From Chitinophagales bacterium (GTDB lineage: Bacteria; Bacteroidota; Bacteroidia; Chitinophagales; LD1): 64,000 nucleotides of DNA. Position 1 is the first letter of the stretch. Every line of letters begins with the position of its first letter. Position numbers and translations under genes: made by a program. The DNA lies in the NCBI GenBank assembly GCA_025057415.1, contig JANWXI010000001.1, forward strand, positions 6,415 through 70,414. The letters are read 5' to 3'. Shown piece by piece: positions 27,842 through 36,671 of this stretch. Below the pieces are notes generated by a model. The model was given only the letters and a program-made list of their open reading frames with translations, searched no databases and was not told where the DNA came from.

Positions 27842-29635
27842 TTATTTTTTGTGCTGCTCGTCCAGTTGTTTTTGGAGGTTATCAATTTGCAGTTGCTGCT
27901 GCTTGATGGCTTCAACTAAAATGGGGATGAGTTCGATGTAACTGACGGTTTTGAGAAGTTCGTGGCGCATTTCCTGTGTGCTGCCGCGTTGCGTTTCGTT
28001 GATATGGGGGATGTATTTCTCTTTGACCAACTCGGGGAGTAGTTTTTCAATTTCCTGCGCGATGAATCCATAGTTGGTGCCTTGTTTCAGCCCCAGGTCT
28101 GCGTAGGCGGGGTCATCGGTGCGGTGCTCATAAGTGACACCGCGAAGTTGCCGGATGATGTCAATCGCATTATCAATATTTTTAATATTTTTTTTGATGC
28201 GGATGTCGGAAGCAACGCCAAAGAAGCCGGTGTAGCCCAGGTCGTTTTGGAAGAGTCCGCCCCATCCGGTATTGGCGCCGGCGCCTGTGCGGGCGCCTGT
28301 GACACCGTGTAGTGTGAGGTTGAGTGCAAGACCGCGAACGCCTGCGCTGTTGCTGTTTTGTGCCGCGCCCGATTCACCTTGCACACCGGCAAATACGGTA
28401 TTGGCATTGCCCTGTATGGCTCCATACACACCCGAGCCGTTGAATGAAGAGTATCCATTGAAAGCCCACGGGAAAGCGGCATTGCTCACGGCATTTGCCA
28501 GGTCACCGGCGAGCACAGTGTTGGTAGTGCCCCAGAAGAATTCTCCGATGTTGCTCATGCGCCCGCGCACGATACCGTTAGCGATAAAGTCAACGTGGTT
28601 ATTTGAAAGGGTGCCGAAATTGCCGGTGGTGTTGAGGGAGTTACCGCCCACTAACCATGCCTGCTGGGATGTGGTTTGCGGAGCGCCGGAGCCGCTTGTG
28701 GCATTGATGGTGAGCGTACCGTTTGGATTAAAAGTAGGTTGTGTGAGTGTCCATGTGGGTCCGGTGGGGCCTGTAGGTCCGGTATCGCCCGTGGCACCTG
28801 CGGGTCCTTGTGCGCCGGTAGGGCCTTGCGCACCGGTAGGGCCAGTGGCTCCCTGCGGTCCGGTGGGTCCTTGTGCGCCTGTAGGTCCGGTATCACCTTG
28901 CGGACCTGTAGGACCTTGCGCACCTGTGGGGCCTGTGTTGCCCTGCGGGCCTGTGGGTCCTTGTGCGCCGGTAGCACCTGTAGGACCTTGCGCGCCGGTG
29001 GGGCCTTGTGCTCCTGTGGGGCCTGTGTTGCCCTGTGGGCCTGTGGGTCCTTGTGCGCCTGTGGCACCAGTGGGACCTTGCGCACCAGTGGGACCTTGCG
29101 CGCCTGTGGGGCCTGTGTTGCCCTGCGGGCCTGTGGGGCCTTGTGCTCCGGTAGCGCCGGTGGGACCTTGCGCGCCGGTAGCACCGGTGGGACCTTGCGG
29201 GCCAGTGGGTCCTTGTGCGCCTGTGGCACCAGTGGGACCTTGCGTGCCGGTGGGACCTTGAGGTCCTGTAGCACCGGTGGGGCCTTGCGCACCAGTGGGC
29301 CCTTGGAGTCCTGTAGCACCGGTAGGACCTAGAGCGCCGGTTGGCCCTTGAGGTCCTGCAGGACCAGCGTTACACAGCGATTTCCACTGTGAACCATCAA
29401 AGTAGTGAAAACAATCTACATCTGTATCATATACCAGTAGTCCTCTGGCGGGTGAAGCAATAGCAATGCGTTGTGCTGATGTCATGCGGGGAACGAGTAT
29501 TCCCTTGTCAGTAGCGCTCAACTCCAGCAGGGAACTTGGGTGGGGTGTAGCGATACCGATACCCACGTTATTTTGTGCCTGTAACAAGAGCGGGAACATA
29601 CCCCATAATAAAAGCATGCGTACCTGTAAACTCAT
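27842..29635 (-). CDS. secreted collagen-like triple-helix repeat protein with C-terminal tail-fibre intramolecular chaperone (peptidase S74-type) domain
   Basis: Signal peptide [21 protein letters not shown]. 68 uninterrupted G-X-Y triplets (residues 91-294). The C-terminus [13 protein letters not shown]...LRGVTYEH...[16 protein letters not shown] plus a terminal coiled coil matches the endosialidase/tail-fibre auto-chaperone pattern. Confidence 0.85.
   Translation of the reverse strand: MSLQVRMLLLWGMFPLLLQAQNNVGIGIATPHPSSLLELSATDKGILVPRMTSAQRIAIASPARGLLVYDTDVDCFHYFDGSQWKSLCNAGPAGPQGPTGALGPTGATGLQGPTGAQGPTGATGPQGPTGTQGPTGATGAQGPTGPQGPTGATGAQGPTGATGAQGPTGPQGNTGPTGAQGPTGAQGPTGATGAQGPTGPQGNTGPTGAQGPTGAQGPTGATGAQGPTGPQGNTGPTGAQGPTGPQGDTGPTGAQGPTGPQGATGPTGAQGPTGAQGPAGATGDTGPTGPTGPTWTLTQPTFNPNGTLTINATSGSGAPQTTSQQAWLVGGNSLNTTGNFGTLSNNHVDFIANGIVRGRMSNIGEFFWGTTNTVLAGDLANAVSNAAFPWAFNGYSSFNGSGVYGAIQGNANTVFAGVQGESGAAQNSNSAGVRGLALNLTLHGVTGARTGAGANTGWGGLFQNDLGYTGFFGVASDIRIKKNIKNIDNAIDIIRQLRGVTYEHRTDDPAYADLGLKQGTNYGFIAQEIEKLLPELVKEKYIPHINETQRGSTQEMRHELLKTVSYIELIPILVEAIKQQQLQIDNLQKQLDEQHKK
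28754..29365 (-). repeat. collagen-like G-X-Y coding repeat (68 triplets), including three 90-bp tandem units
   Basis: The motif CTGTGGGGCCTGTGTTGCCCTG(C/T)GGGCCTGTGGG recurs at 28923, 29013 and 29103 (period 90 bp, i.e. 30 aa). The rest is degenerate GGN-CCN/GCN-ACN/CAR periodicity. Confidence 0.9.
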
Positions 29636-29736
29636 AATTGTTCATTTTGCGGTGTTAAGATAGAAGATTTCTTATATATTAACCTTCCTGTGAATTTTTT
29701 GATTAGCAGGTATGAAATGTGTGACTGAGCAACACT

Positions 29737-29752
29737 GTCAAATATATTTGAC
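29737..29752. promoter_or_regulatory. perfect 16-bp palindrome GTCAAATATATTTGAC in divergent intergenic region (operator and/or back-to-back -7 boxes)
   Basis: The sequence is self-complementary as read directly. It contains TATATTTG on both strands. It lies between the collagen-like gene (minus) and the OmpA/coiled-coil gene (plus). Confidence 0.35.
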
Positions 29753-29897
29753 TGGATGTGCCCGAAACACCCAGCACAACTCCTCGCGTCAACAGTTGTG
29801 TGTAACCGGTGGTTAACAAAATTTTTAATATGTGCAGTAAAACAAACTTCCACATTATAACAGTAGGATAGTAGCGTTTACGGGTTGCTTTATCGGC

Positions 29898-29905
29898 TAA
29901 TTTTG
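29898..29905 (+). promoter_or_regulatory. candidate -7 box (TAATTTTG) for the OmpA/coiled-coil lipoprotein gene
   Basis: Matches TAnnTTTG, 20 nt upstream of the ATG at 29925. TTTA lies 17 nt further upstream. Confidence 0.3.
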
Positions 29906-29924
29906 TAATTAAAAATTTTACGTT

Positions 29925-30902
29925 ATGCGCTTTGGGTTAAATTTAATAGGAGTGCTGGTGTTGCTTACCTCCTTATCTTCCTGTTTAGTTACGAAAAAGA
30001 AGTTTGATGAGCAGGTGGCTCTTGCCGATAAGCTGCGCAGTGAGCGCGATGACTGTCGTCAAAAACTCAACGAAGCCCAGGCCACAGTAGAAGACCTTAA
30101 GAATCAGATAGCATCGTTGAGTAATGAAGTGGACAGATTAAAAAATGCAAACCTATCACTAGAGGAGAAACTGCGCAAAGCCAACCGCCTGAAAGAGGAG
30201 AGCGATGCCCTTTGCGAAAAAGTGAAGCAACAACTGGAGGCGCTGAGCAATTCATCGGCATCGGAAAAAGATAAACTGCTGAAACAATTGGCTGAAAAAG
30301 AGAAAGAACTACTTGCGAAAGCCGAGGAGTTAAACAAGCTGAGCGCGGCGCTCAGCGAGCGCGATAAGAAAGTGCGCGATTTGGAAGCATTAATTGCCAA
30401 AAAAGATGAGGCCGTGCAAACGCTTAAAAAACGTATGCTCGATGCCCTGAAGGGTTTCAGCGATGCCGGAGAATTAAGCGTGTATGAAAAAGACGGCAAA
30501 GTGTACGTGGCGCTTAGCGATAAGCTGCTTTTTGCTACGGGGAGTTATGCGGTAGAACCGCGCGGAAAAGAGGCGCTGAAAAAAATAGCTGATGTGCTAA
30601 ACCGCCAACCCGACATTTCAATAATGGTAGAGGGGCATACTGATAATAAACCGTACGTATCGTCCAGCGGGCCCATTAATAGCAACTGGGATTTGAGCGT
30701 GATGCGCGCCAGCAGCGTAACAAAAATACTGGTGGGCGAGAACAAAGTGGATCCTAAACGGGTAACGCCGGCAGGGAGAGGAGAGTATTTTCCGGTTGAA
30801 AGTAACGATACCCCCGAGGGTCGCAGCAAAAACCGACGTATTGATATTATCCTCACCCCCGATATGAAGGGGATATTTGATATTCTCAACAACGCGAACT
30901 GA
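29925..30902 (+). CDS. OmpA/MotB-family lipoprotein with long N-terminal coiled coil
   Basis: Lipobox LLTSLSSC. About 140 aa of heptad-like E/K/L-rich sequence. OmpA-like C-terminal domain (GHTDNKPY...NWDLSVMRASSV...GRSKNRRIDI). Confidence 0.85.
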   Translation: MRFGLNLIGVLVLLTSLSSCLVTKKKFDEQVALADKLRSERDDCRQKLNEAQATVEDLKNQIASLSNEVDRLKNANLSLEEKLRKANRLKEESDALCEKVKQQLEALSNSSASEKDKLLKQLAEKEKELLAKAEELNKLSAALSERDKKVRDLEALIAKKDEAVQTLKKRMLDALKGFSDAGELSVYEKDGKVYVALSDKLLFATGSYAVEPRGKEALKKIADVLNRQPDISIMVEGHTDNKPYVSSSGPINSNWDLSVMRASSVTKILVGENKVDPKRVTPAGRGEYFPVESNDTPEGRSKNRRIDIILTPDMKGIFDILNNAN

Positions 30903-30937
30903 GTTCGTTGTATTGAGGCAGCGTTCAAGCCGCTGTG

Positions 30938-32281
30938 TTACAACACTATATCTTTTGCTTTTATGTCCTGCTTTTGCTTGCGGATGATGAATGTGTCTTT
31001 ATCGAGAATATTCCGCACGGCACCGTAACGCAGAAACCGTTGCCGCACAAACTTTTTGAGTGTTTCGTTATTGAGTTTGGCATAGTTGGCGGCAATGTCG
31101 TTTACATTTTTGATTATTTGGTCTTTTACGCTCTTGTAGTAGTCCTCCTGTAGTTTCTGGTCAGAAGGAGAGGCGTAGCTTTTGCCGGTTGTACTGTCAA
31201 TTAATAGGGTAACGTAGGGGGCATTTTTTTTGATTTCCTCCATGTTTTCGGCAATATCGCGCAGAAGCGTGAGGACTTTTTCGTTGTCTGTAATCATTTT
31301 AGCCGAAGCTGCATCGCCTGTGCTGTTAAAAAGACCCTTAGCTTCATCGAGACGGAAATTTACAAGAGCATCGTAAGCCCTGCATTTATCGCCCAAGTTA
31401 ATGTTGCCGGCTTTATCATATAATTTTGATGCCAGTGCATAGCTGCCTTTGTTCATGGTTTTGGCAGCTAGTTTTTCGAGTGCTTCATCGTCTTTTTTCT
31501 CGCTCATGGCATCGGCCAGGCGCATGATTAAGTTATCGGCCTCCTCAATGCGATTTTCAGAGTAGAGGTAATCGGCATATTTCTGGATGCCCTCTTCGAT
31601 TGCTCCGGCTATGTATGCCTCAATAGCTTTGCCAAATTCATTTCGGTTGTAATAGATATCACCGGCTTTTTTGTAACCCTCAGTGGTTTTGAGTTTGAGA
31701 TAAATTTCGGCTGCCTTTACTTCGTTATCACCACCTTTGGCAAAATACTCCTCGGCAATCTGCTCAACTTTTACTTTGGCATCGCCCAACAGGTAGTAAT
31801 CCAATGCTTTGTTGTAGAACTCAAATCCTTTTTCGTAGTAGCGGTCGCCTATGACGCGGGCGCCTTCTTTAGCGGCCTCTGCCTTGGTGTAAAAATCCAT
31901 GGCTTTTTTCAGGTTTTTCGCTTCGTTTTTGGGATCATCAGCGGAAAAGGCATCCTCTACATACGCTTCGGCTATTTTTTTCATTCCCTCTCTCTTTTCG
32001 GGTTTGGCGCACCGGTTGTAGTTGTTGGCGGCATTGGTATAGTCCTTTTTCTCTAAAAAAGCATCACCGATAATGGCATACAGTTCCTGTTTCAACCCCC
32101 CTTTTTGAAAACTCTCAATGGCTTTGTTTACTAGCTCCTGCCTTTTTGCGGCATCGGTTTGTTGCATGGCCTTTGCCAATATTTCCTTGCCTTTTTCAAT
32201 GTCTTTGTTTTGTGCAGTAGCTGCAAGCACAATAAAACACAGCACACAAGCTGAAATTAAACGGGTGGTGTAACGCCTCAT
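30938..32281 (-). CDS. secreted all-helical (TPR/Sel1-like) repeat protein, function unknown
   Basis: Signal peptide (ACVLCFIVLAATAQ). Repeated A/Y/K/E-rich helical hairpin pattern (GDAFLEKKDYTNAANNY, AGDIYYNRNEFGKAIEAY...). No family recognised. Confidence 0.6.
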   Translation of the reverse strand: MRRYTTRLISACVLCFIVLAATAQNKDIEKGKEILAKAMQQTDAAKRQELVNKAIESFQKGGLKQELYAIIGDAFLEKKDYTNAANNYNRCAKPEKREGMKKIAEAYVEDAFSADDPKNEAKNLKKAMDFYTKAEAAKEGARVIGDRYYEKGFEFYNKALDYYLLGDAKVKVEQIAEEYFAKGGDNEVKAAEIYLKLKTTEGYKKAGDIYYNRNEFGKAIEAYIAGAIEEGIQKYADYLYSENRIEEADNLIMRLADAMSEKKDDEALEKLAAKTMNKGSYALASKLYDKAGNINLGDKCRAYDALVNFRLDEAKGLFNSTGDAASAKMITDNEKVLTLLRDIAENMEEIKKNAPYVTLLIDSTTGKSYASPSDQKLQEDYYKSVKDQIIKNVNDIAANYAKLNNETLKKFVRQRFLRYGAVRNILDKDTFIIRKQKQDIKAKDIVL

Positions 32282-32697
32282 GGTGTAAAGTTTGGGTTAT
32301 TTGAAGTTTAAAATTACCACTGCGGAACAATAATCCAACTTCCGCGCTCCAAATGTGTAAAATTATTTTCACATTTCGGTAAATAAAAAGTGGGAGAGCA
32401 CGGAAACGGTTGTCCAGAAATGGTGCTGTAGCATCGTCTTTTTCCGGTACATAGTAATCTTTGCTGTACAACGAAACACATGATTATACATTAATGCTGA
32501 TGACTAATATTTTAACAGAAATATAGGGGCAGTTACCATGAGGTTAATCAACACACACATCTAATTCAGGATTGAACGCCATACTAGGGGTAACTGATTT
32601 TTACATCACAACCAGACCTTCAAGGTAAAACTGAATTTTAGCTAATATGATTTGCTGGCTTAATGCACAGTGGTTTAAATTGTTATTTGTAGGGGTA

Positions 32698-35277
32698 TCA
32701 TGGGTTTCCTAACCGTTGGAGGGCGTCTTTTGCGGCAGCGATTACCGTGTCATAATCTGCAATGAGTTGCTGGTAAGTGAGGCGCGCGGTTATACTATCT
32801 TCCTTACTCATGTTACTATGTGCCTGTTTCTTTTTGTCATCTATGGCACTGACAAATCTGCGTAATGCGCCTTCGGCCGCCTGTTTTACCCACTCTTTGG
32901 CGATTGCCCCCTCACGCGCAATTGTGTTGATGCCAGTGAGCATTTCATTCTTTTCCATACGGGTCAGAAAATTCGCATAATGATAAAATAAGTAATATTT
33001 CCGTATGGGTTTTGCCATTACAATTTGATCTTCAAAGTATTGCTGTTTTTCTTTGCCAGCTTCCCGGCTGTAAACATCGGCTACAGCATTACTGATTTGC
33101 AGGTTTTCATCTTTTTCGAAACGCTCTGCGTAAAGCAATGCCCTGGCCGGTTCGGCTTTTGCCAGCGCCTTGAGCGCCTCTGCCGCCACCTGATAGGAAC
33201 TATCGCCAAGCGCTTGTTCAAAAACATCGGTGTAGCGACCCGTAAGCGCAAACTTGCTCAGTTTAGTGACGGCTACAGCCCTCACCGCACTTTTGGGGTC
33301 GCGCAGAGCCAGCTCCCGGATGACCTGAAGCAGCGTGTCGTTGTTGTCTTTGGAGATATGAATTTTCTCTACTGCCATTTCGCGATATTTGAAAAAAGGA
33401 GCATGCAGTAATCGCGCGATGGCATCCCGGGCGGCACGGTTGGATTTTTGCAGCATTGAGAGGGTATCGATCGCCTCGGCTTTTGCTTTGTAAGTTCCCC
33501 GCTCTAACTGCACGATATATTGCTGGGGTGTTTTGTTTTCGGTGCGTTCGCACAAAACTACCCGGCCTGGGTCAACGTCAACAAGTGATACAGTACCGCT
33601 CACCGGAAACGAGAACGTTTGTTCGGGTTTGTGCAGTACAACTTCATGCAGTTGCATGCCAGTATCAGAGTATATCGCTATTTGTAAGGGTAAGCGATAA
33701 ACCAGTTTTTCTTCAACACTGTTCTTTTGAGCTATGTTTACGTATGCGCTGTCAGTGGTGATACGATAACGTATATCCAGCACCGGATGCCCTTTGGCAA
33801 AAAACCATTGGTTGAAAAACCAATTCAAATCTTCGCCTGTTACTTCTTCAAACGCCAGGCGCAGGTGGTGAATTTCTACGGCTTTGAAACTGTTATTGCG
33901 CAGGTAAAGCTCTAAAGACCTGAAAAAAGCATCATCGCCTACAATGTGCCGCAGGTAATGCAACAGAAGCCCGCCTTTTTCGTAGCTGTGACGGTCAAAC
34001 ATATCTTCTTTCTCATCGTAGTAAAAACGTATCAGGTCAACATTTTTGCCTTGTTGGGTTTCAAACAGGTAATCGTAGTACTGCTGATGCTGTTTGTAAT
34101 CGGCATACTCGCGCCCGTACTTGTATTCATTCCACAGGTACTCACCATAAGTGGCAAAACTCTCATTGAGCGGCAGGTTGCTCCAGCTCTCGCAGGTCAC
34201 TAAATTACCAAACCACTGGTGAAACAGTTCGTGTGCTATGATGTCTTCGTTTGTTTCATCCAGCAATTCGCGGCTGTTGCGTTGCAAAAACTCTCCGTGA
34301 ACGGTAGCGGATGTGTTTTCCATCGCACCGCTTACATAGTCGCGTACGACAATTTGCGCATATTTGGCCCAGGGGTAATCTACCCCCAGTTTTTGCGAGA
34401 AAAACTCCATCATTTCGGGTGTATTCCCGAAGATTTGCCTGGCGTAAGGAGCGTATCTGCGCTCGGTGTAATAGGTAACGTCTAAATCGCGCCACCTGTC
34501 GCGGTAAACAGCGTAGTCGCCTACCGCCATCATCACTAAATAAGGGGCGTGTGGTAAACTCATACGCCAGTAATCGGTTACAGTACCATCGGCATTTTCT
34601 TTAGACCACACCAAAATACCATTGGAGAGAGAAATAAATTTTTTATTGCGGGTGATGAAGATCTCCTGGGTGGTTTTCTGATTGGGTTTATCAAGAGTGG
34701 GAAACCAACAGGAGTTGTGTTCGGTTTCTCCCTGGGTCCAGATTTGGATGGGTTTGGTAGTATCGGTACCCAGCGGATTGATGAAAAACAGCCCTTTGTC
34801 GGAACCGATGGCGGCACTACCGCCCGTTTTGCGCTCTTCAGGTTTGGCTGTGTAGTCAATAAAAACTTTCAACTCCTGCGTGCGGTGGTAAGCTACAGGC
34901 AGTTGTATGGAAATCTGCAGTGAGTCGTAGGTATAGCGAAGGGGTTGTTTTGAACCATCGGGCAGCATCAGACTCACCTCGTGCAGGTCAAAATTTTTTG
35001 CGTCCAGTTCCAGTACCGATTGCGGATAAAAGTGCGGCCGTAACGTAAGCGTGGCTTTGCCGTGTAAACGTTGTTTTTCATAATCAAAACGAACTTCCAG
35101 CCGTGTGTGTATCAAATCAAATTTTTTGGTGGCGCTGGCTCTGTAAGGATTTTCGCTAGGAACCGTTATTTCTACGGGTTTCAGATATATGGTTTGCGAC
35201 TTGCCCGCATCGCGGCTTGTGCGACACGAAAACAACATTATTACCAGCAGCGGCAGTAACAAATGAAAGTTTTTCAT
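32698..35277 (-). CDS. M1 family zinc aminopeptidase (aminopeptidase N-like) with C-terminal HEAT-like extension
   Basis: GAMEN exopeptidase motif (SGAMENTS) and zincin HELFHQWFGNLVT...NESFATY. Signal/lipoprotein-like start MKNFHLLLPLLVIMLFSC at the ATG at 35277. Confidence 0.9.
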   Translation of the reverse strand: MKNFHLLLPLLVIMLFSCRTSRDAGKSQTIYLKPVEITVPSENPYRASATKKFDLIHTRLEVRFDYEKQRLHGKATLTLRPHFYPQSVLELDAKNFDLHEVSLMLPDGSKQPLRYTYDSLQISIQLPVAYHRTQELKVFIDYTAKPEERKTGGSAAIGSDKGLFFINPLGTDTTKPIQIWTQGETEHNSCWFPTLDKPNQKTTQEIFITRNKKFISLSNGILVWSKENADGTVTDYWRMSLPHAPYLVMMAVGDYAVYRDRWRDLDVTYYTERRYAPYARQIFGNTPEMMEFFSQKLGVDYPWAKYAQIVVRDYVSGAMENTSATVHGEFLQRNSRELLDETNEDIIAHELFHQWFGNLVTCESWSNLPLNESFATYGEYLWNEYKYGREYADYKQHQQYYDYLFETQQGKNVDLIRFYYDEKEDMFDRHSYEKGGLLLHYLRHIVGDDAFFRSLELYLRNNSFKAVEIHHLRLAFEEVTGEDLNWFFNQWFFAKGHPVLDIRYRITTDSAYVNIAQKNSVEEKLVYRLPLQIAIYSDTGMQLHEVVLHKPEQTFSFPVSGTVSLVDVDPGRVVLCERTENKTPQQYIVQLERGTYKAKAEAIDTLSMLQKSNRAARDAIARLLHAPFFKYREMAVEKIHISKDNNDTLLQVIRELALRDPKSAVRAVAVTKLSKFALTGRYTDVFEQALGDSSYQVAAEALKALAKAEPARALLYAERFEKDENLQISNAVADVYSREAGKEKQQYFEDQIVMAKPIRKYYLFYHYANFLTRMEKNEMLTGINTIAREGAIAKEWVKQAAEGALRRFVSAIDDKKKQAHSNMSKEDSITARLTYQQLIADYDTVIAAAKDALQRLGNP

Positions 35278-35447
35278 GGGATAAGAGGGAACCGAAAAAT
35301 ATCGGTAGTGCCAGCAAATAAAAGGCATTTTCTGAATTAAATTTATTTTTTATATTTTCTGAAACAGACATCACTTGGCGCAGGAGTTATATGACCATTT
35401 GGTTAAGGTAATTACCCCAGGTTAAATGATTCCTCCGCGGGTCAGTA

Positions 35448-36446
35448 TTATAAGGAGTTTTTTTGCCACTGGCGTATAGCCACCTCTTCTTTTATAAGCT
35501 CTAGAGCGTGTATCACCATATCGGTGAAGGTCTGTTGTAGTTTTTTGTCTTCCTCAGGTATCAACACGGCTTCTATGGCGGCATCGGTTACGCGCTCTAT
35601 TATCAGACGGCTTTCATCGGTAGCCATACGCTCAAAGATTTGATGAATGGTCTGAAACGTGATGTCATAAACAGATTGCTGCAGCGCTTCGCTTGCGGCG
35701 GGGCCGATGAGGGGGATTTGCTCCAAGGTGCGGATGTTCGGATTTTGCCGGATGGCTTTAGTGACGGAGACGCGGATGGTGTTGCGCAGTTCATCGGTGT
35801 GTTTCAGGTATTGGTCGCGGGTGATGCGCTGTAAGCGGTGTGCCATAAAATTTACCAGCACATCTTTGCGGGGTAATACCACCTCGCGGAGGATTTTGCC
35901 TGTAACGGGGATACCTCCTTTGACCTCCTCTTGTACGCCGCTCAGTACGTTTATGACTACGCGGTCGGTTACCTCTTCGGCCAGAATGTTGATGTATTTT
36001 GAAAAAACTTTGTATATATACCAGTTCCGGATTTGAATGATGCCCAAACGCTGCAGACGTATCAGGATAGCCACGATGCGGATAACCCTTAGGATGCGGA
36101 ACGAACCTAACGGGATGCAACCCAATACATCATACCAATGAGCGAAAGGGTAAAAGAACCACCGGGCATACGAGCGGTTGTAAACGGCTACAGCCCAGCG
36201 CAGGAGTAATTCGGATACGAAAACCGCTACAAAACACAAATCAATGTATGCAAAATGATCATACACCGGTAAATAGGTTTTGTACAATAGTGGCAGGTGT
36301 TTTTGGAGCAGGTTTCTGACCGAGTCGGTCTCAAAGTTAATCTGCACAGCCAGTAAAATGAGGTTAGCAACAGCCAACACGACCATGGCAATATCTAATG
36401 CAAGAAAAAACCTGTCTATTGCCTTATTGTATTTCTCTTCGTTCAT
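35448..36446 (-). CDS. voltage-sensor-domain (S1-S4) membrane protein fused to an uncharacterised ~200-aa soluble domain; no pore module
   Basis: Four TM helices only. S4 is FRILRVIRIVAILIRLQRL, with Arg every third residue. S2 has F76-x-x-E79 and S3 has D106. No hydrophobic S5-P-S6 segment occurs after residue 140. Confidence 0.75.
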   Translation of the reverse strand: MNEEKYNKAIDRFFLALDIAMVVLAVANLILLAVQINFETDSVRNLLQKHLPLLYKTYLPVYDHFAYIDLCFVAVFVSELLLRWAVAVYNRSYARWFFYPFAHWYDVLGCIPLGSFRILRVIRIVAILIRLQRLGIIQIRNWYIYKVFSKYINILAEEVTDRVVINVLSGVQEEVKGGIPVTGKILREVVLPRKDVLVNFMAHRLQRITRDQYLKHTDELRNTIRVSVTKAIRQNPNIRTLEQIPLIGPAASEALQQSVYDITFQTIHQIFERMATDESRLIIERVTDAAIEAVLIPEEDKKLQQTFTDMVIHALELIKEEVAIRQWQKNSL

Positions 36447-36597
36447 GGTGGAATTAGCAATACAAACAAAACAATTTTCGGTTAGGTTGATTGGTTTAGC
36501 CCCGCAATCCGGCTACCGGACAGGGCTACGCGGCGGAATAAAAGACCGTAATGGCGAGCATATACGGTCGCGTATGCCTTTACGCTTACAGAACCTG

Positions 36598-36627
36598 ATA
36601 AAAAAGCACGCGAAATATTCGCGTGCT
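36598..36627 (-). terminator. rho-independent terminator after the interrupted gene
   Basis: 10-bp stem AGCACGCGAA / TTCGCGTGCT with loop ATA. On the minus strand it is followed by a T-run (plus-strand A-run 36600-36605). Confidence 0.7.
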
Positions 36628-36671
36628 TAATGTTTCCCGGCAAGAGTTTTGCTTGCGATGTACCGAAAGCG

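Noticed and set aside
28272-29332. Long alternative-frame and antisense ORFs (329, 222 and 218 aa) over the collagen region
   Set aside because: They arise from the GGN-CCN-NNN periodicity, since a G-X-Y repeat is open in several frames. Their translations are low-complexity Pro/Val/Cys or Arg/Ala strings without starts, signals or domains. The minus-strand collagen frame is the only one continuous with recognisable N- and C-terminal domains.
29802-29818. Near-palindrome GTAACC-GGT-GGTTAA as an operator
   Set aside because: Only 5 bp per arm pair perfectly, which is expected by chance in a 290-bp AT/GC-mixed spacer. The 16-bp perfect palindrome at 29737-29752 is the better candidate.
27842-30902. 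Prophage or tailocin remnant, suggested by the tail-fibre chaperone domain
   Set aside because: No other phage-like genes (baseplate, sheath, tube, portal, terminase, lysis, integrase) occur within 10 kb on either side. The flanking genes are GH3, OmpA-like and TPR-like chromosomal genes.
36447-36597. Possible structured RNA between the VSD gene start and the terminator (GACCGTA-N12-TACGGTC at about 36547-36572)
   Set aside because: It is a single 7-bp inverted repeat with no second copy in the window and no recognisable Rfam-type motif. More likely it is part of the promoter or leader region of the VSD gene.
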